Positions 29,490 through 39,463 of a stretch of DNA of 64,000 nt are shown piece after piece (the stretch's first letter is position 1; every line of letters begins with the position of its first letter). Source of the DNA: Candidatus Kaiserbacteria bacterium (lineage in GTDB: Bacteria > Patescibacteriota > Minisyncoccia > Phycocordibacterales > UBA918); assembly GCA_016699245.1 (NCBI GenBank), contig CP064968.1, positions 219,386 through 283,385 on the forward strand, in the 5' to 3' direction. Under the pieces are notes generated by a model. That model ran no database searches. It saw only the letters and a program-made list of their open reading frames with translations, and was not told where the DNA came from. The translations under genes were made by a program, and so were the position numbers.

Positions 29490-30563
29490 TTATATATTCT
29501 CCTTCCTCAATTCCTCGACAAGTCTTCGTGCATTTCTTGAAAGTTTCTCGGGGATGTCGATAGAAATCTTTGCATGGAAGTCGCCACGGGATGAGCCCAC
29601 GGGAACTCCCTTTCCTTTTATCCTCAGAATCTCACCGTGCTTCACCCCTTCAGGGATTTTAATTTGAATGATGCCATCGAGTGTCTCAACACCGTACGTC
29701 GCACCAAGGAGTGCATCGGTGAGTTTAACCTTAAGGGTCGTCTCAAGGGTGCTATCGCTCCTGTGGATGCTCTGGTGACGTTGTACATGCACCTTTATGT
29801 ATAAGTCACCAGAGGTACCGCCTTTTACTCCCTCTCCTCTGCCTGTCATACGAATCATCTCACCCGGTTCGATACCAGGAGGAACATTGATGTCGATAAT
29901 GTCCTCAGAACGTCGCACCCCGCCTCCTGCGCAATCGGCACATTTCTCCTTTGACATCTTTCCCGTCCCATTACAATCACTACATTCACGCACGGTTGCA
30001 AATTGTCCTAAGATACTTTGGCGCGTCTCGCGGATACGACCGTTACCATTACACGTAGCACAGGTAACCATCTCGCTCTTTGGCTTTGCACCCGTACCAT
30101 TACAGGTGTTGCAGGCATTATTCTTGGTGAGTTTGAGTGTTCGCTTGGTACCAAAAATTGATTCTTTGAAAGAGAGTTCGATGTCCACAGAGATGTCATT
30201 TCCACGTGCACGACGCTGTCCACCACCTCCACCGCCACCAAACATGTCGCCAAAGTTTTGGAAGATATCATTGATATCAAATTCTACTCCTGCACCACCA
30301 AAGCCACTTTGGAAACCACCCCACTGACCACCCTGTTGTGCTCCCGCACCGCCTCCTGTATACGAGCGACCAAAGGTGTCATACTCAGCACGCTTCTTCT
30401 CATCACTGAGTGTTGCGTATGCTTCGCTTATTTCCTTAAACTTTGCTTCGTCGCCCGTCTTCTTGTCGGGATGATACTTTGCAGCTAGTTTACGAAATGC
30501 CTTTTTCACCTCGTCTTTTGAGGCGCTTTTTTCGATACCGAGGATTTCGTAATAGTTTTTCAT
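29490..30563 (-). CDS. dnaJ: Chaperone DnaJ
   Basis: J domain YYEILGI...HPD, G/F region, four CxxCxGxG repeats. Confidence 0.9.
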   Translation of the reverse strand: MKNYYEILGIEKSASKDEVKKAFRKLAAKYHPDKKTGDEAKFKEISEAYATLSDEKKRAEYDTFGRSYTGGGAGAQQGGQWGGFQSGFGGAGVEFDINDIFQNFGDMFGGGGGGGQRRARGNDISVDIELSFKESIFGTKRTLKLTKNNACNTCNGTGAKPKSEMVTCATCNGNGRIRETRQSILGQFATVRECSDCNGTGKMSKEKCADCAGGGVRRSEDIIDINVPPGIEPGEMIRMTGRGEGVKGGTSGDLYIKVHVQRHQSIHRSDSTLETTLKVKLTDALLGATYGVETLDGIIQIKIPEGVKHGEILRIKGKGVPVGSSRGDFHAKISIDIPEKLSRNARRLVEELRKENI

Positions 30564-30569
30564 ACGATG

Positions 30570-32459
30570 TTAGTTAGTTGGCTTTTCTCCAGATTCAGCA
30601 TCGCGAATATTGCCTTCGTCGGGTTTTTGTTCTGGTTGCGCAGCACTTTCCTGTGGTGGTTGTTTTTGCATTGCTTCACCAATCTTCTGCATTTCTGAGG
30701 AAAGTTCTTGCGTTTTTGTTTTGATTGCCTCGTTGTCGTCTTTATCCTTGACCTCACGGAGCGCCTTCACTTTCTCTTCGACGCCTGCTTTGAGTTCTGG
30801 AGTAATAGCATCTTTGTGGTCGATAAGCGATTTTTCTGCAGTGTATATCATTTGATCAGCCAAGTTGCGTGATTCAATGAGTTGCTTCTTTTTCTCGTCC
30901 TCACCAGCGTGTGCTTCTGCCTCTTGTTTCATACGCTCGATGTCAGAAGGGGTGAGACCAGAGTTTGCCTCAATACGAATTTTCTGTTCTTTGCCGGTTG
31001 ACTTGTCTTTTGCAATTACATTAAGTACACCATTGGCGTCAACATCAAAGATAACCTCTACCTGCGGCATGCCACGAGGCGCAGGTGGGATACCATCGAG
31101 GATAAAGCGACCGAGTGATTTGTTGTCCCCTGCCATTGGGCGTTCTCCTTGTGTAATGTGAATCTCTACTGATGTTTGATTGTCAGCAGCAGTAGAAAAA
31201 ATTTGTTCTCGCTTGGTGGGAATGTGCGTGTTTTTCTCTACCAATTTTGTGGACACACCACCCATAGTTTCGATACCGAGTGAAAGTGGAATCACATCCA
31301 CGAGCGTGATGTCGTGCACATCGCCTTGCAGGATACCTGCTTGGATAGCCGCACCGAGCGCTACTACCTCGTCTGGATTTACCGTTTTGTTTGGCTCCTT
31401 TCCAAAGAGTTCTTTTACACGCTCGACGATACGGGGCATACGTGTCTGCCCTCCCACAAGAATGATTTCATCAATCTCTTCTTTTTTAAGTCCGGATGCT
31501 TCGAGTGCGCGCTTTGTAATCTCGATTGAGCGATCGATGTATTCGTGTGCAATTTCTTCGAGTTTTGCACGAGTGAGCTTCAAGAGAAGGTGTTTAGGAC
31601 CATTGGCGTCTGAGGTGATGAAGGGGATATTTATTTCCGCTTCGCCTGTTGAAGAAAGTTCATGTTTTGCTTTTTCTGCTGCTTCATCAAGACGCTGGAG
31701 TGCGAGCGCATCTTTGCCAAGGTCGATGCCTTCAAGACTCTTAAACTCAGCAATAAAATGACGAACAATTTTTTGATCGATGTCGCGGCCGCCCATGTGC
31801 GCATCACCATCAGTCGACTGTACCTCAATCACGTCATCACCTACTTCAAGTACGGTAACGTCAAAGGTACCGCCTCCAAAGTCAAATACCACAATTTTCT
31901 CCTCTTTCTTTTTATTAAAACCGTATGCGAGGGCTGCTGCAGTTGGCTCGTTAATGATGCGTTTTACGTCGAGACCAGCAATCTTTCCTGCATCCTGCGT
32001 TGCCTTTCTTTGTGCGTCGTTAAAGTAGGCAGGCACCGTTATAACTGCCTCAGTAATTTTTTCACCAAGTTTCGCCTCTGCATCTGCTTTCATTTTTGAA
32101 AGGATCATTGCAGAAACTTCTTCAGGGCGGTAGTCTTTCTCTCCCATGTGCACCACGACACCTTTGTCACTTCCCTCTCTTACTTCATATGGGACAATTC
32201 CTTTGTCGCTCTGAACTACCTTCTCGTCAAAGTTGTGACCCATAAAGCGCTTAATACCGTAGATGGTATTTTTTGGGTTGGTGACCGCCTGTCGTTTTGC
32301 AATTTGTCCCACAAGACGCTCTCCAGTTTTGGAAATAGCAACAATGGATGGTGTGGTGCGATTACCCTCCGCGTTTTCGATTATCGTCGGCTCGCTGCCT
32401 TCAATAATCGCCATTGCTGAGTTGGTTGTGCCAAGGTCAATACCAAGAATTTTTGCCAT
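30570..32459 (-). CDS. dnaK: Chaperone DnaK (Hsp70)
   Basis: [17 protein letters not shown] and other Hsp70 signatures. Confidence 0.95.
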   Translation of the reverse strand: MAKILGIDLGTTNSAMAIIEGSEPTIIENAEGNRTTPSIVAISKTGERLVGQIAKRQAVTNPKNTIYGIKRFMGHNFDEKVVQSDKGIVPYEVREGSDKGVVVHMGEKDYRPEEVSAMILSKMKADAEAKLGEKITEAVITVPAYFNDAQRKATQDAGKIAGLDVKRIINEPTAAALAYGFNKKKEEKIVVFDFGGGTFDVTVLEVGDDVIEVQSTDGDAHMGGRDIDQKIVRHFIAEFKSLEGIDLGKDALALQRLDEAAEKAKHELSSTGEAEINIPFITSDANGPKHLLLKLTRAKLEEIAHEYIDRSIEITKRALEASGLKKEEIDEIILVGGQTRMPRIVERVKELFGKEPNKTVNPDEVVALGAAIQAGILQGDVHDITLVDVIPLSLGIETMGGVSTKLVEKNTHIPTKREQIFSTAADNQTSVEIHITQGERPMAGDNKSLGRFILDGIPPAPRGMPQVEVIFDVDANGVLNVIAKDKSTGKEQKIRIEANSGLTPSDIERMKQEAEAHAGEDEKKKQLIESRNLADQMIYTAEKSLIDHKDAITPELKAGVEEKVKALREVKDKDDNEAIKTKTQELSSEMQKIGEAMQKQPPQESAAQPEQKPDEGNIRDAESGEKPTN

Positions 32460-32500
32460 AATGATTTTTTTTAAAACTATCTAATAGTGAATGCGAGTAA

Positions 32501-33082
32501 TTATTCAGTGCCGACAACGACACGTGCGGGTCTGATGATGTGGTCGCCGCGCTTGTATCCCTTCTGCAGTACTGCGATGACGGTATCTATCTGTGTCTCA
32601 TCGGTGACCGGTGTATTCAAGACCGCTTCATGCTCTTCGGGATTAAAGGATGAGCCAACGGGGTCTTGTGATGCCACCTGGTATTGTCTGAGGAGTGATG
32701 CGAGTGTGGCCTGGATGGCCTCTACACCTGACCGCCATTTGGCGTCGACAGAAGCCCATTCCTTATCGTTCATCGCTATGTCGAAACTGTCCGCAAGGAT
32801 AAGTAACTCCACGAGTATCTTGTCGGTTGCGCGTTCTTTGTCGCGCACCACCTGTTCCTCGAGACGACGTCTGCTGTTGAGGAAATCGGCGCGTGTTCTT
32901 TGCAATTCTTCTAGATGCTTCTGCTTCTCTGCTTCACATACGGCAAGTTTTCTGCGCAGGTTATTTAACTTATCACTGAGTTGCTCTTCCTCATCTTCTA
33001 AATCCATTTCGGAATCTTGAGGTATAGTGTCATCCTCCGTAACAATCTCTTCCTCCTCGTCTTTATCATGTGTATGTACCAT
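32501..33082 (-). CDS. grpE: Nucleotide exchange factor GrpE
   Basis: Acidic N-terminus, coiled-coil, C-terminal ...RPARVVVG. Confidence 0.85.
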   Translation of the reverse strand: MVHTHDKDEEEEIVTEDDTIPQDSEMDLEDEEEQLSDKLNNLRRKLAVCEAEKQKHLEELQRTRADFLNSRRRLEEQVVRDKERATDKILVELLILADSFDIAMNDKEWASVDAKWRSGVEAIQATLASLLRQYQVASQDPVGSSFNPEEHEAVLNTPVTDETQIDTVIAVLQKGYKRGDHIIRPARVVVGTE

Positions 33083-33196
33083 AGTGCGTGCATTATAACT
33101 GCGATTTATGGTACTGTCAAAAAAGTATTTTCTCGAAAATTAAATAGGATCGCCACATAAATATATCAAGGCGTCGCATTGATACTTGATACATTT

Positions 33197-33235
33197 CAAA
33201 AATGAAAAGGACCTGCTGAATGAATCAACAGGTCC
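33197..33235 (-). terminator. Intrinsic terminator after hypothetical gene 33256-33651
   Basis: Hairpin GGACCTG...CAGGTCC followed (minus strand) by TTTTCATTTTTG. Confidence 0.5.
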
Positions 33236-33255
33236 GTGGGCAGTTTGGGTTGTGT

Positions 33256-33651
33256 TTAGGCGGGTTGGCCTTCTTGGATGAATGTTTGCATCCTCTTATT
33301 CAATAGATCATAGATGATCGCGAGCATTCCAAGATGGTCCTCTGTGACATCACCTTGCTTGTTTAACGCTTTGACCGATTCCAGAAAATCAAAAATCTCT
33401 GGCGCGGAATGACTCCACTTTGATGCCATTTCGCGAACTTCGGCGTCGTAAGGAGAACTTGTCACTGATGCATTATGACTTTCGTCGAGTTCACACACCA
33501 AGTCCTCGATGACATAAATGAACTTTGCAACAGTGAGCGTACCGCTTTTCATCTCCTCGATACGATGGTGTAACGACAAAGATGGTGAACCAGCAGCTTC
33601 TGCAAATGAAGCAAAGAAATCTACATCAACAGGGGTTAAAGAGTTGGCCAT
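33256..33651 (-). CDS. Hypothetical protein
   Basis: ORF with start at MANSL; no motif recognised. Confidence 0.35.
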   Translation of the reverse strand: MANSLTPVDVDFFASFAEAAGSPSLSLHHRIEEMKSGTLTVAKFIYVIEDLVCELDESHNASVTSSPYDAEVREMASKWSHSAPEIFDFLESVKALNKQGDVTEDHLGMLAIIYDLLNKRMQTFIQEGQPA

Positions 33652-33760
33652 GAGTACCTCCAAAATATGGTTGAAGTGAAAGTGTTTGAATTGAATCAGG
33701 AACTGAAGCAAATTTTATTTAATCACGATAATGGCGGAGCGTCAAGGTGCCCAAAAAATA

Positions 33761-34037
33761 ATGAGCGTGAGCGACTATATTTTTTGAGGCCTTCACTTTT
33801 TTATCTCCCCAGAGAAAAAAGTTAAGAAGCGACTGAACTTTGCAGAATCCAGAATATCTCCCATACCAATGACTCATACTCAGATGAGCGTGAGCGACTA
33901 TATTTTTTGAGGCCTTCACTTTTTTATCTCCCCAGAGAAAAAAGTTAAGAAGCGACTGAACTTTGCAGAATCCAGAATATCTCCCATACCAATGACTCAT
34001 ACTCAGATGAGCGTGAGCGACTATATTTTTTGAGGCC
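33761..34037. repeat. Perfect tandem duplication of a 123-bp unit (2.25 copies), intergenic
   Basis: Unit ATGAGCGTGAGCGACTATATTTTTTGAGGCCTTCAC...CAATGACTCATACTCAG repeated at 33761, 33884 and partially at 34007 with 100% identity. Confidence 0.85.
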
Positions 34038-34068
34038 ATGGGGCAGAAAAATATCGCTCCGGTCGTCG

Positions 34069-34099
34069 AAAAGAACAAATGCCCCGAAGGGGGCATTTG
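34069..34099 (-). terminator. Intrinsic terminator after rpsI
   Basis: Hairpin AAATGCCCC-GAAG-GGGGCATTT with T-run on the minus strand. Confidence 0.55.
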
Positions 34100-34101
34100 T
34101 T

Positions 34102-34509
34102 TTATCTTTTCGACCACTGTGGGCTTTTGCGGGCTTTTTTTAGACCGAACTTCTTTCGTTCTACGGCGCGAGGGTCGCGCTTGAGGAAGCCAGCTTTCTT
34201 GAGTGGGATGCGGCGCTCTGCCTTCTCTTTCAAGAGTGCACGTGCGATTCCTAGTCTAATGGCATCTGATTGTGAACTGAGTCCACCTCCTTGCACGTGT
34301 GCACTGATTTCGTAGTTCTCGATTCCTGCATCTGCAGTTTCAAGTACGGAGAGCAAATTTTTCTGGAGTGTTGCCGCGGTGAAGTACTCAGCAAGTGCCT
34401 TTTCATTCACGATTACTCGAGTCTCATTTGCTTTAGTGACACGAACACGTGCGGTTGCAGTTTTGCGTCGTCCAATTCCTTCAATATATTGTTTCGTTGC
34501 CATAGTCAT
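34102..34509 (-). CDS. rpsI: 30S ribosomal protein S9
   Basis: C-terminal ...KKARKSPQWSKR. Confidence 0.9.
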   Translation of the reverse strand: MTMATKQYIEGIGRRKTATARVRVTKANETRVIVNEKALAEYFTAATLQKNLLSVLETADAGIENYEISAHVQGGGLSSQSDAIRLGIARALLKEKAERRIPLKKAGFLKRDPRAVERKKFGLKKARKSPQWSKR

Positions 34510-34859
34510 TATTCAGTTACTTCGAGATTATGGAGACGTGGTGTCTGTAGTTTGTTCTTAGGGAGCATACCCTTTACCACACGCGTTACCACTTCTGCGT
34601 AGCCAAGTCGCTTGCCAAGGTGATCGAGTGTCTCCACACGACGACCTCCTGGGTATCCAGAGTAACTCTGAAACTCCTCCTTTCCACGCTTCTCAGAAAT
34701 ATCGAGTTTAGAAGCGTTGGTTACCTTTACGGTGACAGGCTCGACGAGGTTCTTGGCGACATGTGTCGTATTCTTTCCAAGCAAAATTGACGCAACTTCT
34801 GTTGCTACGCGACCGAGTCGCTTTCCTGTTGCATCAATGATAAATTCTTTCTTTTCCAT
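34509..34859 (-). CDS. rplM: 50S ribosomal protein L13
   Basis: IIDATGKRLGRVATEVASIL; start trimmed to MEKKEF to clear rplQ. Confidence 0.85.
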   Translation of the reverse strand: MEKKEFIIDATGKRLGRVATEVASILLGKNTTHVAKNLVEPVTVKVTNASKLDISEKRGKEEFQSYSGYPGGRRVETLDHLGKRLGYAEVVTRVVKGMLPKNKLQTPRLHNLEVTE

Positions 34860-34863
34860 ATCG

Positions 34864-35217
34864 TTATACAAGTTCAATGTACGCTTCTGTGCGCCCTGCC
34901 TTTGTTTCACCTAATTTAATAATGCGTGTATATCCCCCGTTACGCTCTGTGTATCTTTTTGCCACATCACTAAACAGCTTTGAGACCACATTGGTGTGTG
35001 GTTCTCCCAAAATACTCATCACGAGACGGCGAGATGCGACAGTGTCGTTTTTACCCTTTGTGATAAGTTTCTCGACATACGGGCGAAGTTCTTTCGCTTT
35101 TGCCTCAGTGGTGTGTATCTTTCCGTGTTCAATGAGGGAAAGTGCGAGACCACGAAGAAGCGCGGTGCGCTGACTGCGTGATCGTCCGAATGTTCTGTTT
35201 TGGCTGTGGTGTCGCAT
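34864..35217 (-). CDS. rplQ: 50S ribosomal protein L17
   Basis: MRHHSQNRTFGRSRSQRTALLRGL. Confidence 0.9.
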   Translation of the reverse strand: MRHHSQNRTFGRSRSQRTALLRGLALSLIEHGKIHTTEAKAKELRPYVEKLITKGKNDTVASRRLVMSILGEPHTNVVSKLFSDVAKRYTERNGGYTRIIKLGETKAGRTEAYIELV

Positions 35218-35218
35218 G

Positions 35219-36187
35219 TTATTCTTTAAAACCTAAATTCATCTTGGCGAGGATAGCCTCAAGTTCTTCTACCCCTTTTGGACCAATGCCATCGAGCGCT
35301 AGAATATCATCTTTTTTCTTTCGCACAAGCCCACCAAGCGTTCTGATATTTGCATTCTCAAGTGCACCGAGTGTGCGTGTTGAAAAATCAAGTGTTTCGA
35401 TGCGTGTCTTGAGCACATCAGCATCTACTTCTCCTACCTCATCCTCTACTTCTTCTGCGTCGGTACGCACTGCTTCAGTTGGACGTTGTATACTATCTTG
35501 GAAGCCAATGATAGCCTTGAGCTGGTGCACCATAATCTCGATTGAGTTTTCGAGGGCCTGACGTGGAGTCAATGTCCCATCGGTCTCAATAAAGACACGG
35601 AGACGGTTGTAATCAGTACGATCACCAACGCGCATATTCTCCACCTCGTAGTTCACACGACGAATCGGGGTGAATACAGCGTCAAGTGCAATAGTACCAA
35701 TGTCCACCTTCTCTTTTTGGTGTACCTCTCGTGGTACGTATCCAAGTCCGTGTTCAACAGTCACTTCAAGATCGAGCGTTGTTCCCTTCTCAGTAATCTC
35801 AGCAATCTTTTGTTCAGGGTTAAGAATAGTTATCTGACTTGGAGTGCTGATTTGTGCCGCAGTTACCACCTGCGCGCCGCTTGCCTTCAATGAAATGGTG
35901 AGTGGTGTATCGCTGTGCATAAGAAGACGTACACGTTTGAGATTCAAAAGAATCGTCACGACATCCTCTTTTATGCCTGCAATCGTAGAAAACTCATGTT
36001 GTACACCTTCAATTTTGACTTGGGTAATAGCTGCACCAGGGAGTGATGAAAGAATGATGCGACGAAGTGAGTTTCCAAGGGTATGGCCGTACCCAGGGTA
36101 CAGACCATCAATCTCAAAAACACCAGAGAATTCTTCCTCTTTGATTACTCGTGGCTTTGATGGCAATGCGACGTTGGTTTCAAGCAT
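35219..36187 (-). CDS. rpoA: DNA-directed RNA polymerase subunit alpha
   Basis: NTD dimerisation motifs and CTD (...LGPKGVEELE...). Confidence 0.9.
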   Translation of the reverse strand: MLETNVALPSKPRVIKEEEFSGVFEIDGLYPGYGHTLGNSLRRIILSSLPGAAITQVKIEGVQHEFSTIAGIKEDVVTILLNLKRVRLLMHSDTPLTISLKASGAQVVTAAQISTPSQITILNPEQKIAEITEKGTTLDLEVTVEHGLGYVPREVHQKEKVDIGTIALDAVFTPIRRVNYEVENMRVGDRTDYNRLRVFIETDGTLTPRQALENSIEIMVHQLKAIIGFQDSIQRPTEAVRTDAEEVEDEVGEVDADVLKTRIETLDFSTRTLGALENANIRTLGGLVRKKKDDILALDGIGPKGVEELEAILAKMNLGFKE

Positions 36188-36212
36188 AGTACGTTAGTTA
36201 TGGTATTAATTA

Positions 36213-36821
36213 TTAACGACTGTAATACTCAAGGACTTGCTGAGGATCAAACTGTGTTTCAGATGGTTCATAGGTCGGTTCTGCTTTTTTCTCTCCGGAC
36301 AGCTCCTTCGCATTAAGAGTAAGCCAGTGTGGTGCGGTCTGTGTTGCGAGCGCTTCACCAAGGACAACAAACAGTGGAGATTGTTTGCTTTGCTCACGGA
36401 CAGAAATAACGCTTCCAATACTCACCTTATGAGAGGGAATATTGAGGCGTCGGCCATTGACGAGAATATGACCGTGAGAAACAATTTGACGTGCAAGACG
36501 TCTGGTTTTTGCAAAACCAAGACGATAGACTACATTATCAAGACGAGATTCAAGGCGAGCAATGAGCGCACCAATAGGCTGATTGCTTTGTTCTACCGCA
36601 TCATGTACATATCCAGAGAGTTGCTTTTCAGAAATACCGTAACTGAAACGCATTTTTTGCTTTTCAATGAGTTGCTTCTTGTAGTCAGACATCATGCCTG
36701 GGCGACGAGTCTTGTTGCGCGCTGAACGAGCCTCTGAAAGTGCAAACTTTTGAGTCTGTGTCTTTTCGAAGATTGGTGCTCCGAGACGCTTTGCAATTTT
36801 GTATTTAGGTCCAATTATCAT
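36213..36821 (-). CDS. rpsD: 30S ribosomal protein S4
   Basis: MIIGPKYKIAKRLG..., S4 domain. Confidence 0.9.
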   Translation of the reverse strand: MIIGPKYKIAKRLGAPIFEKTQTQKFALSEARSARNKTRRPGMMSDYKKQLIEKQKMRFSYGISEKQLSGYVHDAVEQSNQPIGALIARLESRLDNVVYRLGFAKTRRLARQIVSHGHILVNGRRLNIPSHKVSIGSVISVREQSKQSPLFVVLGEALATQTAPHWLTLNAKELSGEKKAEPTYEPSETQFDPQQVLEYYSR

Positions 36822-36831
36822 ATTCGTTCAA

Positions 36832-37260
36832 TTAGATTCGTCGGGGCTTAGGTGGACGCGGACCGTTGTGCGGTACCGGTGTCTGATCAACGATGCTGGT
36901 AATAGTGATGCCTTTACTTGAGAAACCACGGAGTGCTGACTCACGACCTGCGCCAATCCCGCGGATAATAACATTGGCATCCTTCATGCCCATCTGTGTT
37001 GCTTTCTCGCCAAGAATTTCACCAACCTTTGCAGCTGCGAATGGTGTGCTTTTTCGTGAACCCTTGAAGCCAAGTGCGCCACTTGATGCAGCAATAAGTG
37101 CATTTCCTTTGTTGTCACACAGTGTGAGGAGTGTATTGTTGAACGTTGCAAGAATATTCAGTGTGCCGATAGCCACTTTCTTTTTTGGAATACGAGCAAG
37201 CGCGCGTGATGACGCACTCGAATCGTTTCCTCCTTTTTTGATAATTCTTTTCTTACCCAT
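36832..37260 (-). CDS. rpsK: 30S ribosomal protein S11
   Basis: Conserved S11 core (...NTLLTLCD..GNALIAASSGA...). Confidence 0.9.
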   Translation of the reverse strand: MGKKRIIKKGGNDSSASSRALARIPKKKVAIGTLNILATFNNTLLTLCDNKGNALIAASSGALGFKGSRKSTPFAAAKVGEILGEKATQMGMKDANVIIRGIGAGRESALRGFSSKGITITSIVDQTPVPHNGPRPPKPRRI

Positions 37261-37293
37261 AGGTCAATCGTTAGTATAAATAATCAAATGAAA

Positions 37294-37671
37294 TTAAGTC
37301 TTTTCGAGCTTACGGCGACCAGATCCCATAGTCTTTTTAACACCTTTTAGTGTACGCGCGTTCGTCTTTGTACGCTGTCCACGTGCGGGCAAACGCTTTG
37401 CGTGGCGACTACCGCGGTATGACTGGATGTCCTTGAGACGCTTAATGTTACCGCTCACTTCACGCTTCAGTTCACCTTCAATGGTGAAAGACTCAACCTT
37501 TTCACGGATTGCGTTCTCCTCATCAGTGGTAAGGTCGCCTGTTGTCTTATAGAGATCAATGTGTAATTCCTTGAGTATAGAAATAGCTCGAGAATGACCA
37601 ATGCCATGAACGGCTGTAAGGCCAAACTCAAGATGCTTTGTATCTGGAATTGTAATACCTGAAATTCTCAT
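37294..37671 (-). CDS. rpsM: 30S ribosomal protein S13
   Basis: MRISGITIPDTKHLEFGLTAVHGIG. Confidence 0.9.
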   Translation of the reverse strand: MRISGITIPDTKHLEFGLTAVHGIGHSRAISILKELHIDLYKTTGDLTTDEENAIREKVESFTIEGELKREVSGNIKRLKDIQSYRGSRHAKRLPARGQRTKTNARTLKGVKKTMGSGRRKLEKT

Positions 37672-37673
37672 AT

Positions 37674-37790
37674 TTATCCTTGTCGTTGCTTATTACGAGG
37701 TTTCTTTTTGTTAATAACATACACATGACCGCGACGGCGGACAATCTTGTCGTCTGGACTAATTTTTTTGACTGATGATCGAACTTTCAT
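37674..37790 (-). CDS. rpmJ: 50S ribosomal protein L36 (38 aa; not in ORF track, below size cut-off)
   Basis: Minus-strand translation [38 protein letters not shown]. Confidence 0.8.
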   Translation of the reverse strand: MKVRSSVKKISPDDKIVRRRGHVYVINKKKPRNKQRQG

Positions 37791-37792
37791 AA

Positions 37793-38017
37793 TTAAAGGC
37801 GTTTAGAGATTCGTGCTTTTCCACCGTATGGTTCAGGAACTACTGCTACCCTGTCTCCAACGAGAACACGAATTTTAAATTTTCGCATTTTCCCTGCTAG
37901 GTACGCAATTATCGGTGTCTCAGCTCCATCCAGTAAAACTCGAAAAAGCGCATTAGGGAGCGCCTCCTCTACAGTTCCATAGACGAGTTGTTCTTTGTCT
38001 GATTTTTCTTGCATCAA
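37793..38017 (-). CDS. infA: Translation initiation factor IF-1
   Basis: S1-like fold sequence ...[17 protein letters not shown]....[16 protein letters not shown]. Confidence 0.85.
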   Translation of the reverse strand: MMQEKSDKEQLVYGTVEEALPNALFRVLLDGAETPIIAYLAGKMRKFKIRVLVGDRVAVVPEPYGGKARISKRL

Positions 38018-38089
38018 ACGACCGTGATTTTAACAAACTATACTAAAAGAGTCAACTACCTGTATCCACTTCTGTTTTACACTGTATTT

Positions 38090-39445
38090 CTATTCTCCGA
38101 TTATGGTCGTTATAGTGATATCTTTTGGAGATTTTGGAAATGAATTAGCCCAGAAAGGACGTATTTCTGATTGAGCTTTTGAGATAGAACTACTGTACTT
38201 ACTGAGTACTAAGTCAGCCTCAGACTTTTTCTTGCCGACGAGTTCTCCTTTGAGTACATCTTCGTCGAATTTCCAGACTATCTGTGTATTACCTTTTAAA
38301 GTTATATCGAGTGATTGATTGTTCTTGATATCAGTTGTTCCCGTAGTTGCATCAGTGTAGGAGAAGGTAAGTGTTTGTGGGTCAGAAAGTAAAACGGATT
38401 CGTTGTTATAGTCAGTGACAGACTTCTTTGCTAAATATGCGGCTAATTCTGGCTCCTTGAGAATGGGAACTTGTAAACGAGCCTGCTCCTTGATGGTGGC
38501 GAGTGAATCACCGTACTCTGTGGAAGGAAGCGTTTCGTAGACAAAAGTCACCGCGTCTTTGTAGACTACGAACCCAGCTGGCTTCTCTTCCTCAAGACGT
38601 TTGAGAAGTTTATCGCGGAGCTCTACATGAAGTGCCTGTTGTGCAGTATTGAGTTCTTGTTCGTCTAATATGTACTTTTCTCCCTCAAACCCACCGGTAA
38701 AGGCTACCGTTGACTCACCATAGACATTATCAAACTGGTCACTTCCTTTTAATCCTGGAACAGTGAACTTTGTAGGTTTAATGTTGAACTTCTCACCGGT
38801 GCTGTCAGCAAATACATCGGCAACAACACTACCTGGGACAACAACACCCTTTGCGTCTTTAATTGATGCAGGAACTTCAATGGATTCTTTGATGCGATAC
38901 ACAAAACCGTCGGGGCTTTCAAACCGTGTATTTTTGATGAGTCTTTGAAGGCTTGTGCTCTTGTTGTATACAAAAATCTTGCCTTCCGATCGGAGTGATA
39001 CTTGCTCTTTGCCACTTGCCTTTACCTGACGCTCTCCTGATTCCTCGAGGGAAAGTAACTCATACCCAAGCTCGCCTGTTTGCGGTGCAGTGTATATAAG
39101 GAAGCTCGATTGGACTGCCACGTCTCTAATTTTTGGGTGCACGGTAACATCGGCACCGCCAAGAAAAATGTTGACCACAAAAACAAGCGCAATAATGAAA
39201 ACGGACACAGCAGAGGTCACAATGACTCGGTGACGTTTTTCAGACTTGCCATCAATTATGTCGATAGTAGAGAGGTCTGAGTCGTCAAACTGAGTCTCGA
39301 TTGGTTCTGGTCGTTGGATGCGTGGTGCTATGTCTGTGCGAGGGCGACGCTCTGGTGCTTGTATTTGAACCTCACGCACTAAAGACGCTTTAGGTGCTTT
39401 TCCACCTGCAGGTTTGATATCTTGAAGATTCCATTTTTGAGCCAT
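38090..39445 (-). CDS. Hypothetical protein with one N-terminal TM helix and a large extracytoplasmic domain
   Basis: Hydrophobic segment ~residues 85-105; no family recognised; 18 bp downstream of the actin-like ATPase gene. Confidence 0.4.
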   Translation of the reverse strand: MAQKWNLQDIKPAGGKAPKASLVREVQIQAPERRPRTDIAPRIQRPEPIETQFDDSDLSTIDIIDGKSEKRHRVIVTSAVSVFIIALVFVVNIFLGGADVTVHPKIRDVAVQSSFLIYTAPQTGELGYELLSLEESGERQVKASGKEQVSLRSEGKIFVYNKSTSLQRLIKNTRFESPDGFVYRIKESIEVPASIKDAKGVVVPGSVVADVFADSTGEKFNIKPTKFTVPGLKGSDQFDNVYGESTVAFTGGFEGEKYILDEQELNTAQQALHVELRDKLLKRLEEEKPAGFVVYKDAVTFVYETLPSTEYGDSLATIKEQARLQVPILKEPELAAYLAKKSVTDYNNESVLLSDPQTLTFSYTDATTGTTDIKNNQSLDITLKGNTQIVWKFDEDVLKGELVGKKKSEADLVLSKYSSSISKAQSEIRPFWANSFPKSPKDITITTIIGE

Positions 39446-39463
39446 TGTAATAAGTATATACCT

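Noticed and set aside
33083-33255. Looked for a CIRCE (TTAGCACTC-N9-GAGTGCTAA) HrcA operator upstream of grpE-dnaK-dnaJ.
   Set aside because: No match present; only a terminator hairpin for the upstream gene. No hrcA in the window.
33719-34117. 132-aa ORF in the track encoding a repeated peptide (ASKNIVAHAHLSMSHWYGRYSGFCKVQSLLNFFLWGDKKVK x2.5).
   Set aside because: It is simply the 123-bp perfect tandem repeat read in one frame; the ORF would start inside the rpsI terminator/3' end. Treated as non-coding repeat.
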